Below are positions 28,701 to 43,200 of a stretch of DNA of 64,000 bases, one piece after another. This DNA comes from Chrysomallon squamiferum. Lineage: Eukaryota; Animalia; Mollusca. Each line of letters starts with the position of its first letter. Positions within the stretch are counted from its first letter, which is position 1. The translations under genes and the position numbers were made by a program. The stretch spans positions 22,568,001-22,632,000 of the forward strand of contig CM022671.1 of the NCBI GenBank assembly GCA_012295275.1. The letters run 5' to 3'. The notes beneath the pieces are model-generated. The model did no database searches. It was given only the letters and a program-made list of their open reading frames with translations, and was not told the origin of the DNA.

Positions 28701-31700
28701 ATGGTTTTTATGTACAATTCAAGCTCTTGTTAGTCATATGGAAACTATTATCTCACTCATTTTTTTTTTTTTCTTTTGCATTCCACCAGCTGAACTTTAA
28801 AGGCTTTCTGAAGCTGGCTAGCAAATTAAATGGGCCGATACTCTTATTTATTTTTTTTTTTAATTATTTCTTCTTTTTTTTTTAAAGAGCTGGAGTTTTA
28901 TATATACATTGTTATGTACACAAACATTTCTTTTTACTTTTAAAAGTGTTTCTCTTTATTTTATTTATTTATTTTTTTTTTTAATTGTTAAGTTATTGTT
29001 GCTTTTTGTTGTTGCTTTTATTGTTGTTATTTTGTAACAGTTCTTTTTCATTTTGCTTTGAAAATTGATATCTTTTTTTAATACCTGTTTACAATTCATC
29101 TTTCAACTTCTGTTGAGTTGGAGGTATCTTTTTTTGTTATTTTAATTTCATTTTAACATTATGTTTTTTTTTTCTTTATATATTTTATTTTCATTTACAA
29201 ATAAATTTTACTAGAAGAATTAAATTAAAATTAAATATATAATAATAATTATGAATGTACACATGAATATTAATCATTATGAAATAAATATATAGAAAAT
29301 AATTGCAAATGAAGGTAATTTAGGAAGGTGAAAAGATTCCCTTGAATTGAAAAGCAAATAATAAAAAAGCCTTTATAAAGTAGAATTAAATAAAAAATGT
29401 TATTTTTAAGGGCAAAAAAAAGCAAAATCATACATAATGATTAGGCATAATTTACTTGCTGACTTTATTGAAAAATAAAATTTACTTAATTAATTTTCTT
29501 TTTCTGTAAGTTTTTTTTTAATATTTAATCTTTTTTTATAAGTTGTTACAAATTTTCCATATAGCTTCTTCCCCATTTTCCTTTTTTTGTTGTTGTTTTT
29601 CTAAATCTCTTCTTTTTTTTATTATTCTTACCATTTTTACTTTCTCTTTCTCTCTTACTACCCTTCCTTTCCCCTCACATCATCTTGCAACAATCTGATA
29701 ATTAAACTTATTCAGTTTTACCATTAACCACCTTTTCTCTTCTCTTCTTGTCTTTTTTTTTTTTCTTTTTCTTTCTCCTGTGCCTCTAATTTGAGAACAT
29801 ATGGTAAGCTACAGCATTGTTGAAATTGTATCTAATTATAACAGTAGGAAGATAATTACTCTTAGCTAATATAGTAGCGGTTGTTGAGAAAACACAATTT
29901 GCTTTGGGAATCTCATTCTGCACAGAAGCATATGGCTAACCCTGGGAGAGGATTAGAAAGCAGCTTGTTGTGAGTACTGCATGGCAATGGAAACCAAGTC
30001 AGAATCCATCAAAGGATTGAACATCACTTACAGCGAATCCTCGCTGGATTAGTTAAGATGTAATTTCATTACTGGAAATGTAGTTACAAGGAAGTGCTGA
30101 AAAGAAAAAAAAAAATGTAGTAGACATGTTTTAATTATTTTTGTTTCATTTCACTTTATTATTGAAGAATGAATATTTCATTTCACCATGGTTGTTTATT
30201 TTTACAAGTTTAGGTGTATTTTTTTTTGTTCTTCTTTAAAGGTTTTTTTAATTATTATTTATTTATTTATTTACTTACATACCAGTGGTATTTTATGTAA
30301 AAGGGACTGTTAAAAACTACTTACTTACAATGAATACTAACAATGAAAACTCAATACCAATCAACAATCTTCCATACCAGTAGAAACATTTTTCAAAAAA
30401 AAAAAAAAAAAAAAAAAAAAAGAAAAATTACTTCTTCATTATGATCAATAATAATAAAACTATTCCAAGCCTGAAATCATCGTCAGACTTCATCTTACTT
30501 AGACATTATTACTGTTAACAGAAAAAACGTGCTGGAGTCCCGTGGAACGGCTGCTAAGCCTGTTAACATAGATTCCGTTTCCCCCCACAGAGCTGGTTTC
30601 GTTTCTGAATTAATACAGTCTGTAACCAGGATCCCAGAGGCTTTGCAACTGGACCTGTTCGCAGAGCTCGATGTCTTCCACAGTGTTCTGTACTGAAGTG
30701 GAGCAGCCCTGTTCAACAAATTATTGATAAGCTTAGTGCTGGCAGGCTGTGCACTTGACATTTAATAATATTGTTTGATGACTTCTATTAATTTGTCTGA
30801 GGAACTAATTGACCGTAATTTTTCATATTCTGGTTCTGTAACAGAATTATTTTTTTTTTACCATATCACTGTGTTTTTTTCTTTTTTTTCATACTGTCTC
30901 AGTCTCTTCAGATCTATTAATTAGAAATAAATATATGAAAATGTGCATGTTGTATGTATGCGCGCACATGCGTGCATGCATACACACACACATGCACACT
31001 GTGTAGACCAAAACCTTCATAACAGGTGACATAAACACCAGGTAAATAACATTTAACCTGTCAAAATATAGGTTAAAAGAAATTTAAAAAAATCATGAAG
31101 AATAAATTACTTTTTTATAACTGTAAAAAAAAAAAGAAGAAGAAACAAGAAAGATCTGTCTGTTATAAACAGCAACTTGTATCTAAATGCAGTCAAGTGT
31201 GTGCAATAAACAGTAGGTGCTCTGTAAACAATGTAAAGAATTAAGGAAGAAGTGTTAGCCATCTGTGACTGCACACTGAAAAAGGAACCGTATGTCATTT
31301 CAGGTGGTAAATACTTATGCAGAAACACTTAACACATTCTTTTACATGCTGTGCCTTACCTATGGACTTTATTATTATTGCTCTAACACAAGACCAACAC
31401 AAGACCAACACATAATGAGAATCTTGAAACAAGATGGATGTGCTGATTGTGTTTACGTACAGATGGAATGTGGGATAAACAGAAACAGTAAATAAAATAT
31501 GTTCTTTGATAAATAGATGTTCAGTTATTTCCATTCATAAATAGCATCCATTCTATGCAGCAGCTTCTATTTTTGGTTGTCAGTTAATGAATTAAAGCAT
31601 GCACACACTGAGTGCACATATCAGTGATGCTGTTTTGAATATTTTTTGTCTTCTTTTTGTTAATTTCTAAAATGTTTCATCTGTTATGAAAAAGTTTGAA

Positions 31701-32748
31701 AAATCTGAAATGGAAATGTATCAGGCATGCGATGAAATATGGCAGGAACAAGCATTATTGAAGAAAGAAAGTTTAGCAATGCATTTGTTAGAAATAATGA
31801 TGAAAGATTTGAATGTTTTCACCATATTCACTGTCAACAGAAGCCTTAATGATGCTGACAAATCTAGCATTGTCAGGAAATCAATAATGTGAATGGATGA
31901 ACATACAAACAGACAGATGGATAAACAGACTGATGTCTAGGTATTACCTGTATAATCTGTCGTACAGGTGTTCTTAGGAAACGTCTAAATGTTCTGTTTA
32001 AATTTTTCTTTAGTGTAATAATAGGTTGATGTTTCTACCATCTGTGTCCTTTTCAGCAGGAATGGTCATACACACACACACACATGCAAAACAACACACA
32101 CAGAGACGTGCTCTTCCCTTGTCTCTCCTTCCAGTGCTATATTCATCTAACACATTGCTACAGTTATACCTTCTTCTTTTTTTTTCAACAAAAACTAATA
32201 CCACATAACCGGTTCATTTAAGAACTTTTCCCTTCAAAAAAAAAAGCAATAAAGCTGTATGACTGAACAGTGGCATAAACCAACAAAAATAATAATTTAA
32301 AAAAAAAAAAAAAAAAAAAACTTGTTACAGTGTGGCAGTTTAAACATACAAAAGCAAACACTGCTGTCTTTGTTTGTTTTGTTTTTTCCAGTCTAAAGTA
32401 AATCTGGTATAATATCTACCCAAAAACCCTCCTCAAACAGCAAACAACCCCAAAGACCCAGCCCACCATGCTCAGACTGTTAAAATTTTACAAGACTTTG
32501 GCCTTTAACCTTGTCTGTTTCATGTAAATTTGCAATATGTGGTTTTCTTTTCAAGCAGAAAAGCAGCAATAAATTTGGTGGGGTTTTCTTTCTTTTTTCT
32601 TTCTTTCTTTTTTTTGTTTAAATTAAAAAGAATAATGAAGAGTGGATGAGACGAAAAAAAAAGTATATGTGGAATTTTCTTTATGAAAAGAATGGAAAAT
32701 CTTTTTATCTGTTTTTCTTTTTTTTGCTTTTTTCCTTTTGCTTTTCCT

Positions 32749-32791
<43 letters not shown>

Positions 32792-32862
32792 TGATGTAGG
32801 AAATGCATTTGCACATACTTGTTATTTTTAACAGACTTGCTTCTTTGTTTGTGTTATTGTTG

Positions 32863-32897
<35 letters not shown>

Positions 32898-33365
32898 TTG
32901 ACATGAATGCACACATGTATATTCTGTCTAAGTCACATGAAAAGAAAGCTCAAAACTCAGAAAAGCCATCACGTAGAATACTGAAAGGTATGCATCAAAT
33001 TTAAAAATATGATGAAAAACATATGCTTAAAGGAGGTGATGGACATACACTGAGATAAAGATAAAAGGGGTGGAGGGATGGAGAGCAAAAACAACAAGGG
33101 AGGAAGTATTGTGAAAGAAAGAAAGAAAGAAAGAAAGAGAGTAGATTAAGGAAAAGAAAGAAAAGAAAAGTTATATAAAACCAAGATATGGAAGGAAACA
33201 AAGTAAAGAAAAAGAAAAAACAAAGAGATAAAGAATGTAAGAAGTTAAAAAATAGAAACAAAGAAGAATGAGATAGATAAAAAGAAAAAGTTAAAGAAGA
33301 AAGATAGGCAAAAAGTTAAAGAAGAAAACAAGGAAGGAAGGGTGAAAGAGAAAAAATAATAAAAT

Positions 33366-33403
<38 letters not shown>

Positions 33404-36400
33404 TATATTTCTAGTTTTCATCATAAACTATCAAAGTATTTTGTAAAACTGAATACCACTTGCAGTAATACCCCATTTTAATCTGTTTATCTCCTTGTTT
33501 TTATCTATCACAAAGAGAAACGTTCATTAGAGACCTGCTAGCTTGTGGTTTATATAACACAAAGATAACATCTAAAAGATGCCAATTACAATTAGTCGCT
33601 GGTATCTGAAATACCTGCCTACCTGGCAGAATACCGAAAATGCTTGGCAACTGTGGATTTTGCACCAAGAAGTGGTGGTGTGATCTAAAAACAAAGAGAA
33701 CTCAAACTGGGTTGAATTTAAATATGTATATCTATATATGTTAAGTGAAGGAAAAAAAAAACAAGCTGGCAGAACTTCAGTTTTGTGTTTGTTTACATAT
33801 CTTCATGAACTATGTTAAATAGATCAAAACAGTAATGGTTGATAATTACCCATTTGATAATTAAAGGGATAAAATAAATGGAATTTAGTGAGGCTTTTAT
33901 TTATTTGTTTGTTTGTTTTTTCTGTATCTTTGTTACCTTATTTTTTTCCATAATGTTCTTTTTTTCCACTCTGTTTTATCTATAATATTCTTTTTGTTTC
34001 CTACCTGGTTTATTTTTTTCTTTCTTTCTTTTTTTCTTGTTTTTTTTTTTTTTAATAGAATTCTTTGGCTTATGTATTTTCCAAATGTCAGAATAAAAAT
34101 TAAAAAATGAATTGATGAAACATTATTTACATATTTTGCTTTTAGTTTTTTAGTGTCTGTTGATTAGAATCAGGACAGAAAGCCAATGTTTCAAAGAGGC
34201 TGTAACATAATACTATCTGCTAATACTCCATAATTTTAGATAATTTTTGGATTCTTTATATATAATGAAACTAAAATTATCTAAACTTACGAAGTATTCA
34301 CAGATAATGTTTCATTAGAATCTTAGACAAATTCAGTTGGATTCCTTACGTTATCTGTGTGTGTGTGTGTGCATGAGTGTGTGCATATATGTATATATAT
34401 ATATATTGAAATAAAAATTACTTCTACAGAAATTAGATTTTCACAAGCTTTTACTTCTCTCTAAAAGTCCTTTCTTAAAATTATTACTGTGTTATAATGT
34501 AAAATTCTTCGTGAATTATTTTTAAAATAATCTTAAAACTTATTTGTTTGCATAATAATATTATGCTCGAAGAAATGGTAATTTTAGGATATCAAATATT
34601 ATTTCTAGTCTTGTAATAATAATAATTAAAATTAATGAAAAAATTATATTTCTGATATTTATGTTTTTAACATATATTATTGTTCAAAAACAAAATGACT
34701 AGAGTTTCTAACATTATTATTTATTTAGTATTATCAATAATCAATAACAAGGTTATTAAAAACAAAAAAAAAAAAAAAAGAAATATTGATATTTGTCTAT
34801 ATCCTTCAAAACCAAAGAAACCTTAGTTTTTGGGGTGTGTTTTTTCAGAAGTTATTACTTACGTGGTTTACTGTTTACTTAACAATAAAATAACACTGGT
34901 TTATTTTTGTATTAATAAGGTCCATTAAAGAGCTGTTATTTTGCTGGTAATCACATCAATACGCAATGAAAACGTAATATTGATTTGTGTTTGTATAACA
35001 CTGTACTGTGAAAGCAAATGAAGCAGTGTTTCAGAAGCCATTGCTTCTGCAGTAATAACTTACCTACGAAAGACTGGATAATGAGTTATTTCTCTCATGG
35101 TAATAATATCAGCACTTAATGAACAGTTAATATTAGTCTTGGAATAATGTTGTCCTTAAGAAGCCATGGTTCAGAAGCTATTACGTCTTGCAGAGTTAAT
35201 GCAGAACTAGTTGATGAGAAAATAATTTCTGTATTTGTTTTTGTATGAAATCATCCTTCGTAATACTAAATCTTATTGAAGAACCAGTCGTGATATTCTG
35301 AGGATGTTATGGGTTATTTTTTAATTTTTTTTTTTTTTTTTTTGGGGGGGGTTGTGGTATTATTGTTGATTTTATTTATTTTTTATTTTTTTTTTAAACA
35401 TAATACTTGCCTTCAAGAAAAATGGCCAATATTTTCAGAAGCTATTATTTCTGTGGTGTTAGTCACAGAAAAAAGTCATTATCAACACACCAATCTCAGA
35501 CCATTGCTGTCCAAATCCCAGTGAGATAACTTTTGTTTCCATTAACAAGAGTTTGAATCTGGCTTTCTTTGTAACAACACCAACAGATGTCCCTAATGTC
35601 CAGCTTGGATTTTGGCTTTAATGTGGACATACGTCACTGCTCTGCTATTTTAACTTAATTTATTCAGGTTTCATTTCTTTTTCTCTTGTTTTTACTTATA
35701 TTTATTATCTTATATTTTATTTTATTCAATCTTACCCTTGAAGTTAGATTAAGAACACAGTTTGGTCTAAGTCTGTATTCACACAAACTTGCAGATTATA
35801 ATTTTATTATTTTTTTTCTTTTTCTTAGGGCAGTATTTTGAAAATTCTCTCTTATGCTTGAGACTGTCTTATTTCTTTGTCAACCCTTTTTTTTCCCCTC
35901 CCTTCAAGTTGGACACATTCCACTGCTTTGACCAGTCTATTCCTTCAAGATGGACAGAGGTCACCACTTTATCCACTCATTTTAATTAAACTGGACAGAG
36001 GTCATTCCCTGAACCCTGGACATGTAGGCAAAGGCTTCACTTCACCTTTGTCTATTTTAGTTCAACGTTTGTGGACAACTTCCACCCCTGGCTGATTTAA
36101 TACTTCAAGAAGACTTTTCTTTTTCCCATGTCTGTAATTAACTGAACATTTCGCAGTGCTTGTAATTGGCTGTAATGGTTCTCACTCTATCTCAACAGCC
36201 TCTGCCTTCTATCAGGTTATGCAAGTTTCACCACAGACTTCAGCCATAAAAATCGCATCAGCGACAAGAGCAAGAGATTAGAGGCTTTTCAGAATGGGAC
36301 ATTTGACAGGCCGATAAAATTATATGGGAGTGGTGTAGCTCTGCTAAGTGACTGTACTTAGATGCTGGTCGTGGTAATGATTCCAGGTATTTAAAATGGT

Positions 36401-37942
36401 CCAGTAATGGAGAGGATTTAGTTTCAGGCTTATGAACCCCGTCTGGATGGAGTTAGTTATTTAGTTAGTGTGTGTAATGTGTTTGTTTCAGTGGTTAAAT
36501 TTATTTATTTTTCAGTTTGTTTGTGTGTTTGGTAAACTGTTTTGTACATGTATTTTTTTATTATTATTATTATTACTATTATTTTTTAATTTATTTATTT
36601 ATTTATTTTATTTTATTTTTATTTATTTTTATTTTTTTTTTTTTTTTTTTTTTGGCTCTAGTTTTTAAAGATAAAAAAAAAAAAAAAAAAAAATGTTATT
36701 TGGTCAGTGAAGATGAAATTTGTTTTCTTTCTTTTTTTTTTGAAATTTTTATTTTAATATTTTTTAATAACCAGAGAAAGAAAGAGGGATTCACTATCAG
36801 AGAGGCTTTTTTTATTTTATCTGGAGTTCATATCTGTTTTATATTCAATTTATTTATTTATTCTACTTTAATATTATTATTATTATTATTTTTACATTTC
36901 ATAAAACACATTGGAAAATTAATTATGCATGCAGCACTTTACATAAACACAGATGCATATACATATTCATATATACAGCCATACTGTCACAGACATAATA
37001 TATTTATTTATCTTTAAATTTGAAATATTTAAGACTCTCTTATACCCATTAATTAACATTCTGGTCTGTGGGAAGGTTAAAAACACCGCACAACACAGCT
37101 TCTTGGAATTAACAAATCTTTCAGCCATGTTGGTATGACACTAAAGAGTTGAGGCTGACAGTGTGAGATATGGCATCAAGTCTTTATGTTCGTTTAGAGT
37201 TATTGTTTCAGCTTTAGATAAACAATAGACCTGGCAAGGGAGATAACTACATAAATCAAGGGCTAATAATAGACTCGATGAAAGTCACCCTCACAATTCA
37301 GAAAATTTAGTTTAAAGTTATTAATTTATTATATCATCTTGGGATAAAACAGCAGCTGACAGTGGGGTTAATAATGAACAACAGATTAATTTTTTATATT
37401 TTTATGGAGTGTTTAGACTATAATAAGTCTAAAATCATTATCAGATATCTGTTTTGTCACTGACACTGTAATATATTGCCTAGATAATGGATTATCTGTG
37501 TGTGTGTGTATGTATGTTTGTGTGTACACACATAGAGATATCTATATTTAGGGTGAAAAAACCCACAAAAAAACAAAAAGGAAAAAAAGCACAACAAAAA
37601 ATATGTGAAAGTTTAGTAGAAATGTATAAAAAAGTGTAAAAAAAAAAGTATTAAAGTTTATAACATAAGAAAAGAAAAGAAAGTGATAATGTTAAAAATG
37701 TATAAGTGATTGAACAAATAGAAAATTTTAAGGTGTTAATGTCTTCATGTCCTGTATATTAAAATATCTCAGTTTTACTCAACAAAATATTTTGGTTTTT
37801 TTTTTTTCTTTCTAAAAAGATATGAAGAAAGATAACAAAAAAAAGTTCTCAACAAACAAATGAGAAAAAAAAAATATGATGATTCATATTACATTATTAT
37901 TCAGCTATTACATATTTCTGCATCTTACTGGAAATGAATCTT

Positions 37943-37985
<43 letters not shown>

Positions 37986-38637
37986 AGATACATACAATAC
38001 TTGGTTATTAATGTACATTAGATCTTAATGCTGTTGACGAAAGTTCCATCATTCTCATATTTCACAATATGAAATGTTTATTAGCAAGAAAAAGTTAGGA
38101 TATTTTCTTTATTTTTTTACCAATAGTTTTTCTTCCTGGTTTTTTTTTTTTTTTTATTATTTTATTTTAAATCTGAAATTGTTTCTTTTCCTATTTTTTT
38201 CTGTAAAAATGTTCCCCTATTTTTTTCCCATAATGTTCCTGTTTTTCCTTCTATTTTATCTATAATGTTCTCTTTTTTATTTCTTTCTTTTTTTTTTTTC
38301 CTCCCATGGCTGGTTGTCTACTCAAAACAGAAACAAATATTGCTGGTGAAGAAATCACAGCTGTTTTGTCCATTAGACTGGCTTTCATAATCATTTAGCA
38401 GTTACCAGTTCCCAGTGTAGCTGGCAACAGATTTAAACTGCTTGGTAACCAATAGCGATGGTTATCTTTATTGACTGAGTTTTGAGATTACTAGTTCACG
38501 TCATTTGCTGCTATTAATTAAGTTTGCGGTAATTCATTTTAATTGGCTGTTTGGTTCAAGTTAACTGGCCATCTGTCTGTCTGTCTGTCTTTCTAACAGG
38601 CTAACCGTGCATCTGCTTGTTCCACCCGTTCATTTTG

Positions 38638-38880
38638 TTGTCCATTCATCCATTTGTCCATTCCATTCATTTATCCATCATATCAATTCATCCAACCACC
38701 CATCTTCCAATCCATCTCCATCCATCCATCCATCCATCCATCCATCTCTTTCATCTCTTCATCCATCCATCTCTTCATCCATCCATCTCTTCATCCAACC
38801 ACCCATCTTCCAGCCAGCCAATCATTCATCCATCCATCCATCCATCCATCCATCCATCCATCCATCTGTTTATCCAACCA
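38638..38880. repeat. Degenerate (CATC)n tetranucleotide repeat
   Basis: Source of the HPSIHPSI pseudo-ORFs. Confidence 0.95.
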
Positions 38881-39636
38881 ATCAGACCACTGTTATATAT
38901 TTTCTGTTTTCTGTTGTTTTGTGATCCTCTGTGGACAGCAGTGACCTTGAAGCAGTGGTTTAAAACGCTGTTATTAGCCTCAACCAGCTGAGTGGAAAAT
39001 AACAGAATGAAAGATGTTACTCAAATACTCTCTATCAGCTTTCACCAAATTAACCATAGGGTCTTGGATAACAACCTGTGTCGTTTATGGTTTCCATTCC
39101 ACTAACTAAAACACGAAATCACCTTTACTGTAGCTTCACTAATTGCTTTCAGGAATGGCTATAGGTGCTAAGAAATCCTTTTTCAAAGATTAAACATTTT
39201 TTTTTTTTTTTTTTTTTTTAAATTGGTTTCTAAACTTGATTGGCTGTTGTAAGATGATATACTAATACTAATGAATTAAAATGTTTCAAATCCTCAGGTA
39301 AACAGAGCAGATTTACCTGGAAACTCGTTAAGAGAAATGACTGCCATGATATTTCGCTTTTACCCAACTCAGTTTGATTTATGATGATTATTTTTGGTTA
39401 GAAGTTAAAGAGAGATCCAAACTAATAAATTTAAGTGAATAAAAAGATTTTAAAAAAGAAGAAACAAATAATGTTTACTGCTTTAATTGTCATTTGTCAG
39501 AAGCCATTATTTTCACTAACTGAAATAAGTTGATTTATAACTGCTGTGATTAAATTAAAGGTCCTGTATCTCTAAAATACTAAACAGAAATAGTTAATTT
39601 GTCTGGTCAACTTTGTTTTTCTCAAACAAGAGTTGA

Positions 39637-39639
<3 letters not shown>

Positions 39640-39698
<59 letters not shown>
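39640..39698. repeat. (AC)n microsatellite
   Basis: Perfect run. Confidence 0.97.
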
Positions 39699-39699
<1 letters not shown>

Positions 39700-40135
39700 G
39701 CATAGGTACATACAGATATAAGCACACACATACAAAGATATTTTGTTTTACATACACATTAAATGAAATGAAAACATATAATTTTGAAACTTTGAAACAT
39801 TATAATGATAGAAAAATGTCTTTATGGTGAACTGAATTAAATAATATTTATTGTTTAAAAATACAAAAAATTTTTAAAAATAATTAAACAACAAAAGACA
39901 GAAAACCCTCTTTTTTAATTTAAAAAAAAGAAGAAATAAGTGATTTTGTTGTTGATGATGATGATGATGACGACAACAACAACAACAACAAAGTTAAGAA
40001 ATCAAAAAATCAAACAGAATTAGTACACAAGATCAACCTCATATACAGTGTTTCACATAATAAGTCAATAAAAACAAAATTATGATCATATCTACAGTCA
40101 TTGTCCCTGTTATTACATACATCACTGAAAATAGC

Positions 40136-40178
<43 letters not shown>

Positions 40179-40745
40179 GCAGTAACAATAACAATAACAA
40201 TAAAAAATAACCAAAAGACACCTTAACAATTTACCTAACTGCTGTTAATATATTTTTTTATTTTTTTTTGTTGAAAAAGAATAATAAGAAAAAGGGTACA
40301 GACAAGAGGTCACATGGTTTATCCAATTTCAGACAATGGAAACTTGGCTTGAACATGGCATGGTAATACCTGTAATTATTTTCTACCTGTTAGTAAAGGT
40401 ATGGGTTAAGTACACCTCTGTCATTGTTGATGACAGGTTTACCTGGAGCCATTAGACTGCAAGTCTTTATCCAGGTGTATCACATTTCAAGACTTGCATG
40501 TCACAGTGTAAACAGTCTTTCTGTTTGTACCCTGCCATTATTGAGGTGGGTTTTTTTTAAATTATAATTATTATTGTTATTATTATTACAGTTACTATTA
40601 TTGCTATTTTTATGTTTTAATTTAAGCATATTCAAGAACAACCCTCTTTTTGTTATTTAATGTCCCCTCAAATCAACAGAAGAATAATATTTTATTTTTT
40701 TTTCTTCTTCTTCTTCTTCTTATTATGATTATGATTATGATTATG

Positions 40746-40782
<37 letters not shown>

Positions 40783-41727
40783 ATTTGTGAACACTTTTTA
40801 AAAACAAAGTTTTGTTTATGTTTAATTTAAATTGCATTAAAATTTTGAATTTTTAAGGGTTTTTTATCTAATATTTGTTACTGATAAATGATACTTAAAA
40901 AACAGAGATCATTTTCTTATTTATTTAATATCTGTCAAACTGATGAAAAAGATCAATTTATAACAATTATTATTATTGTTATTACTACTGAACCACATTT
41001 GAAAAAACAAAGCACAGTTAATGTTTATTTAATGTGTGTAAAATCATTAATTCTTTATTGATATTTTAAATTTTTTCTTTACATGAATCATATTTAAAAA
41101 AAAAAAAACCCATTAAAGATAGCTTTATTTTTAACACCTGACAAATTACTAGAAAAGCCTTTTTTTCTTTTTCTTTTTTTTTTAAATTATGTTTTGCATA
41201 TGTTTCACATACCTGTTCCCAGCTTGTCATAGGTTATGACAAATAATAATTTTATTATGCTGTAAAGTTTAATGGTTTTCCATATTGTTAAACTGCAGAT
41301 GTGCATGGCAATAATGTTTGCTCATTTTTCAAGATTGGGTTCAGATTGGGCCGGTTTATTCTCTCTTTGATAAGAAACCTTTGAAATCATGCACTGGGGT
41401 GACCTTTAAATGCAGAGTCAAGTGCATTTACATGCACAATGGCGTGCACTCCAAAGAAACATGAAGAGATAAATGAGGCTGTAATGGTCTAGCTTTTCTC
41501 TGTGACTTTAATGGCCCATTGAATGAGCTGTCTAGAATTTTTTTTGAAAAAAAAAAAAAGAAATCAACTTTGTTGAATTAATTTGTTTCTAGAAGAGATT
41601 GGACAGTTCATTTAATTTTCATTCAGTTCATTGTTATAATAGCAAGGTGTCAGATGTAATTTTCATTTATAAAATTTGAAAAGTATCATTTATATTTATT
41701 TAGACTGATTGATTGGTTGATTGATTG

Positions 41728-41789
<62 letters not shown>

Positions 41790-41887
41790 AATCATTATCA
41801 CCATCATCATCATCTCCATAATTATTATCATTATTAATATTATTATTATTATTATTACTATTATTTATTTATTTATTTATTTATTTT
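41728..41887. repeat. (ATT)n/(ATC)n/(ATTT)n compound microsatellite abutting a splice acceptor
   Basis: Runs directly into ttttcAG at 41889-41890. Confidence 0.95.
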
Positions 41888-41890
41888 CAG

Positions 41891-42089
41891 ACGTCAAGAA
41901 ATCTTCAGGTGGCAGTTTGAGATTGATGACTTTGTTAAAGGTGAAGAGACAGGCAGAATAATATGGACTATAGACTACAAGAAGAATGCTCCATCAATAC
42001 AGTCCTATTACCATGCTAGGAATTCTCGAGTGACCACCAGAATTAGAATTGCTAAGAGACATCAAAAATGGACTGTTCCTGTGTTGAAG
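41891..42089 (+). CDS. TMEM132: TMEM132 coding exon (199 nt)
   Basis: ttattttcAG acceptor and AAG|GTCAGT donor; phase 2 in, 0 out. Reads (R)RQEIFRWQFEIDDFVKGEETGRIIWTIDYKK...SRVTTRIRIAKRHQKWTVPVLK with no stop. Not shown in this frame in the ORF track. Confidence 0.88.
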
Positions 42090-42670
42090 GTCAGTATTTT
42101 TATTCTTCATAATTTCTAAAATATTTCATTTCAGAGCATTATCTTCCTTAACTAGTCCAGACCTAATCCAGACTCTTCTTTTCTGAAATATTGATTAGAG
42201 TTCTTGATTTTTACTATTATTATTATTATTGTTGTTGTTGTTATTTAAGCATTCAGAGGAAGAAACAAATCTGAGTTATGGCCCTTTATTAATGCCCACA
42301 CTGTAATTTTTATATTATTTATTTATTTAGTTAGTTAGTTATTTTCTTTCGTTTTAATTTAAGAGAATAATTCACCATAACGTCAGAAATGATTCTTTTC
42401 CAACAAATACAAATGGGTGGAAATTAGAGTTATCTTCCTTTTGTCTAAAGTTGTACAAGCCAGATATCTGCCAACAAAATACAATATTCTTGTCTGACTG
42501 CCTGTAAAGGCCACATGTTGTTATTATTTTGTAAGAAGAGTGACCCTTATGATTTGAACTGACAGCCTATAGTTGTAGTGATGTGTACTTGCACAAACTC
42601 AATGCTTGTTGCTTTATTTTATGCATGGGATGTCTTGTATTGATCACTTTCAATTCCCTTCACATTTGTC

Positions 42671-43200
42671 CTGATGAGGCCCTGATTGGGTCATCCTTTT
42701 GTGTGTGTTATTGGATTAATTGTATTTGTGACTTTTTGGCCTTTTATTTAGTTCAATCAGAAATCAAATTCTGTTATGTTACTGAATTCTTCTCCGTGAG
42801 GCCCTGATTAGGTTGTTATTGTTCTCTTATTGGATTAATTCTTCTTTCTTTTGTGTGTCATTTCTATATAGAAGAATTTAAAATCTTTATCCCTATTTCC
42901 AGACTAACTGTAGTAAAGCACTGATTATATTACCATTAGTTTCTTTTTTCTTTTCTTATTGCCTATAAGTAAAGATAAAATTAAAAAAAAAAAAAATAAA
43001 GATATTGCTGTTTCTAATTTTTTATTGTTAATGTTCTGGTTTAAGTTGCCATTGTGCTTCTTTTATTGCATTAATTCTTCAACTATCTTTTACCTTTAGT
43101 GATGAAATCAAAAATCAATTTCCATATTTCTAACTTCTGACTGATGAGGCTCTGATTAGGTTACCATTATGTTACAGTTATTGGATTAATCCTTTGATTA
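42671..43200. repeat. Degenerate ~110-125 bp tandem repeat (tgaggccctgatt.ggt...ttattggattaat)
   Basis: Clear copies at ~42671, ~42797 and ~43141, with more decayed copies between. Confidence 0.75.

Noticed and set aside
30495-30761. 88-aa minus-strand ORF in a GC-balanced block
   Set aside because: No homology or motif recognised and no partner exons; more plausibly a non-coding element.
31686-31892. 68-aa ATG ORF with protein-like composition
   Set aside because: Short, no recognisable family, no promoter or splice support; expected by chance.
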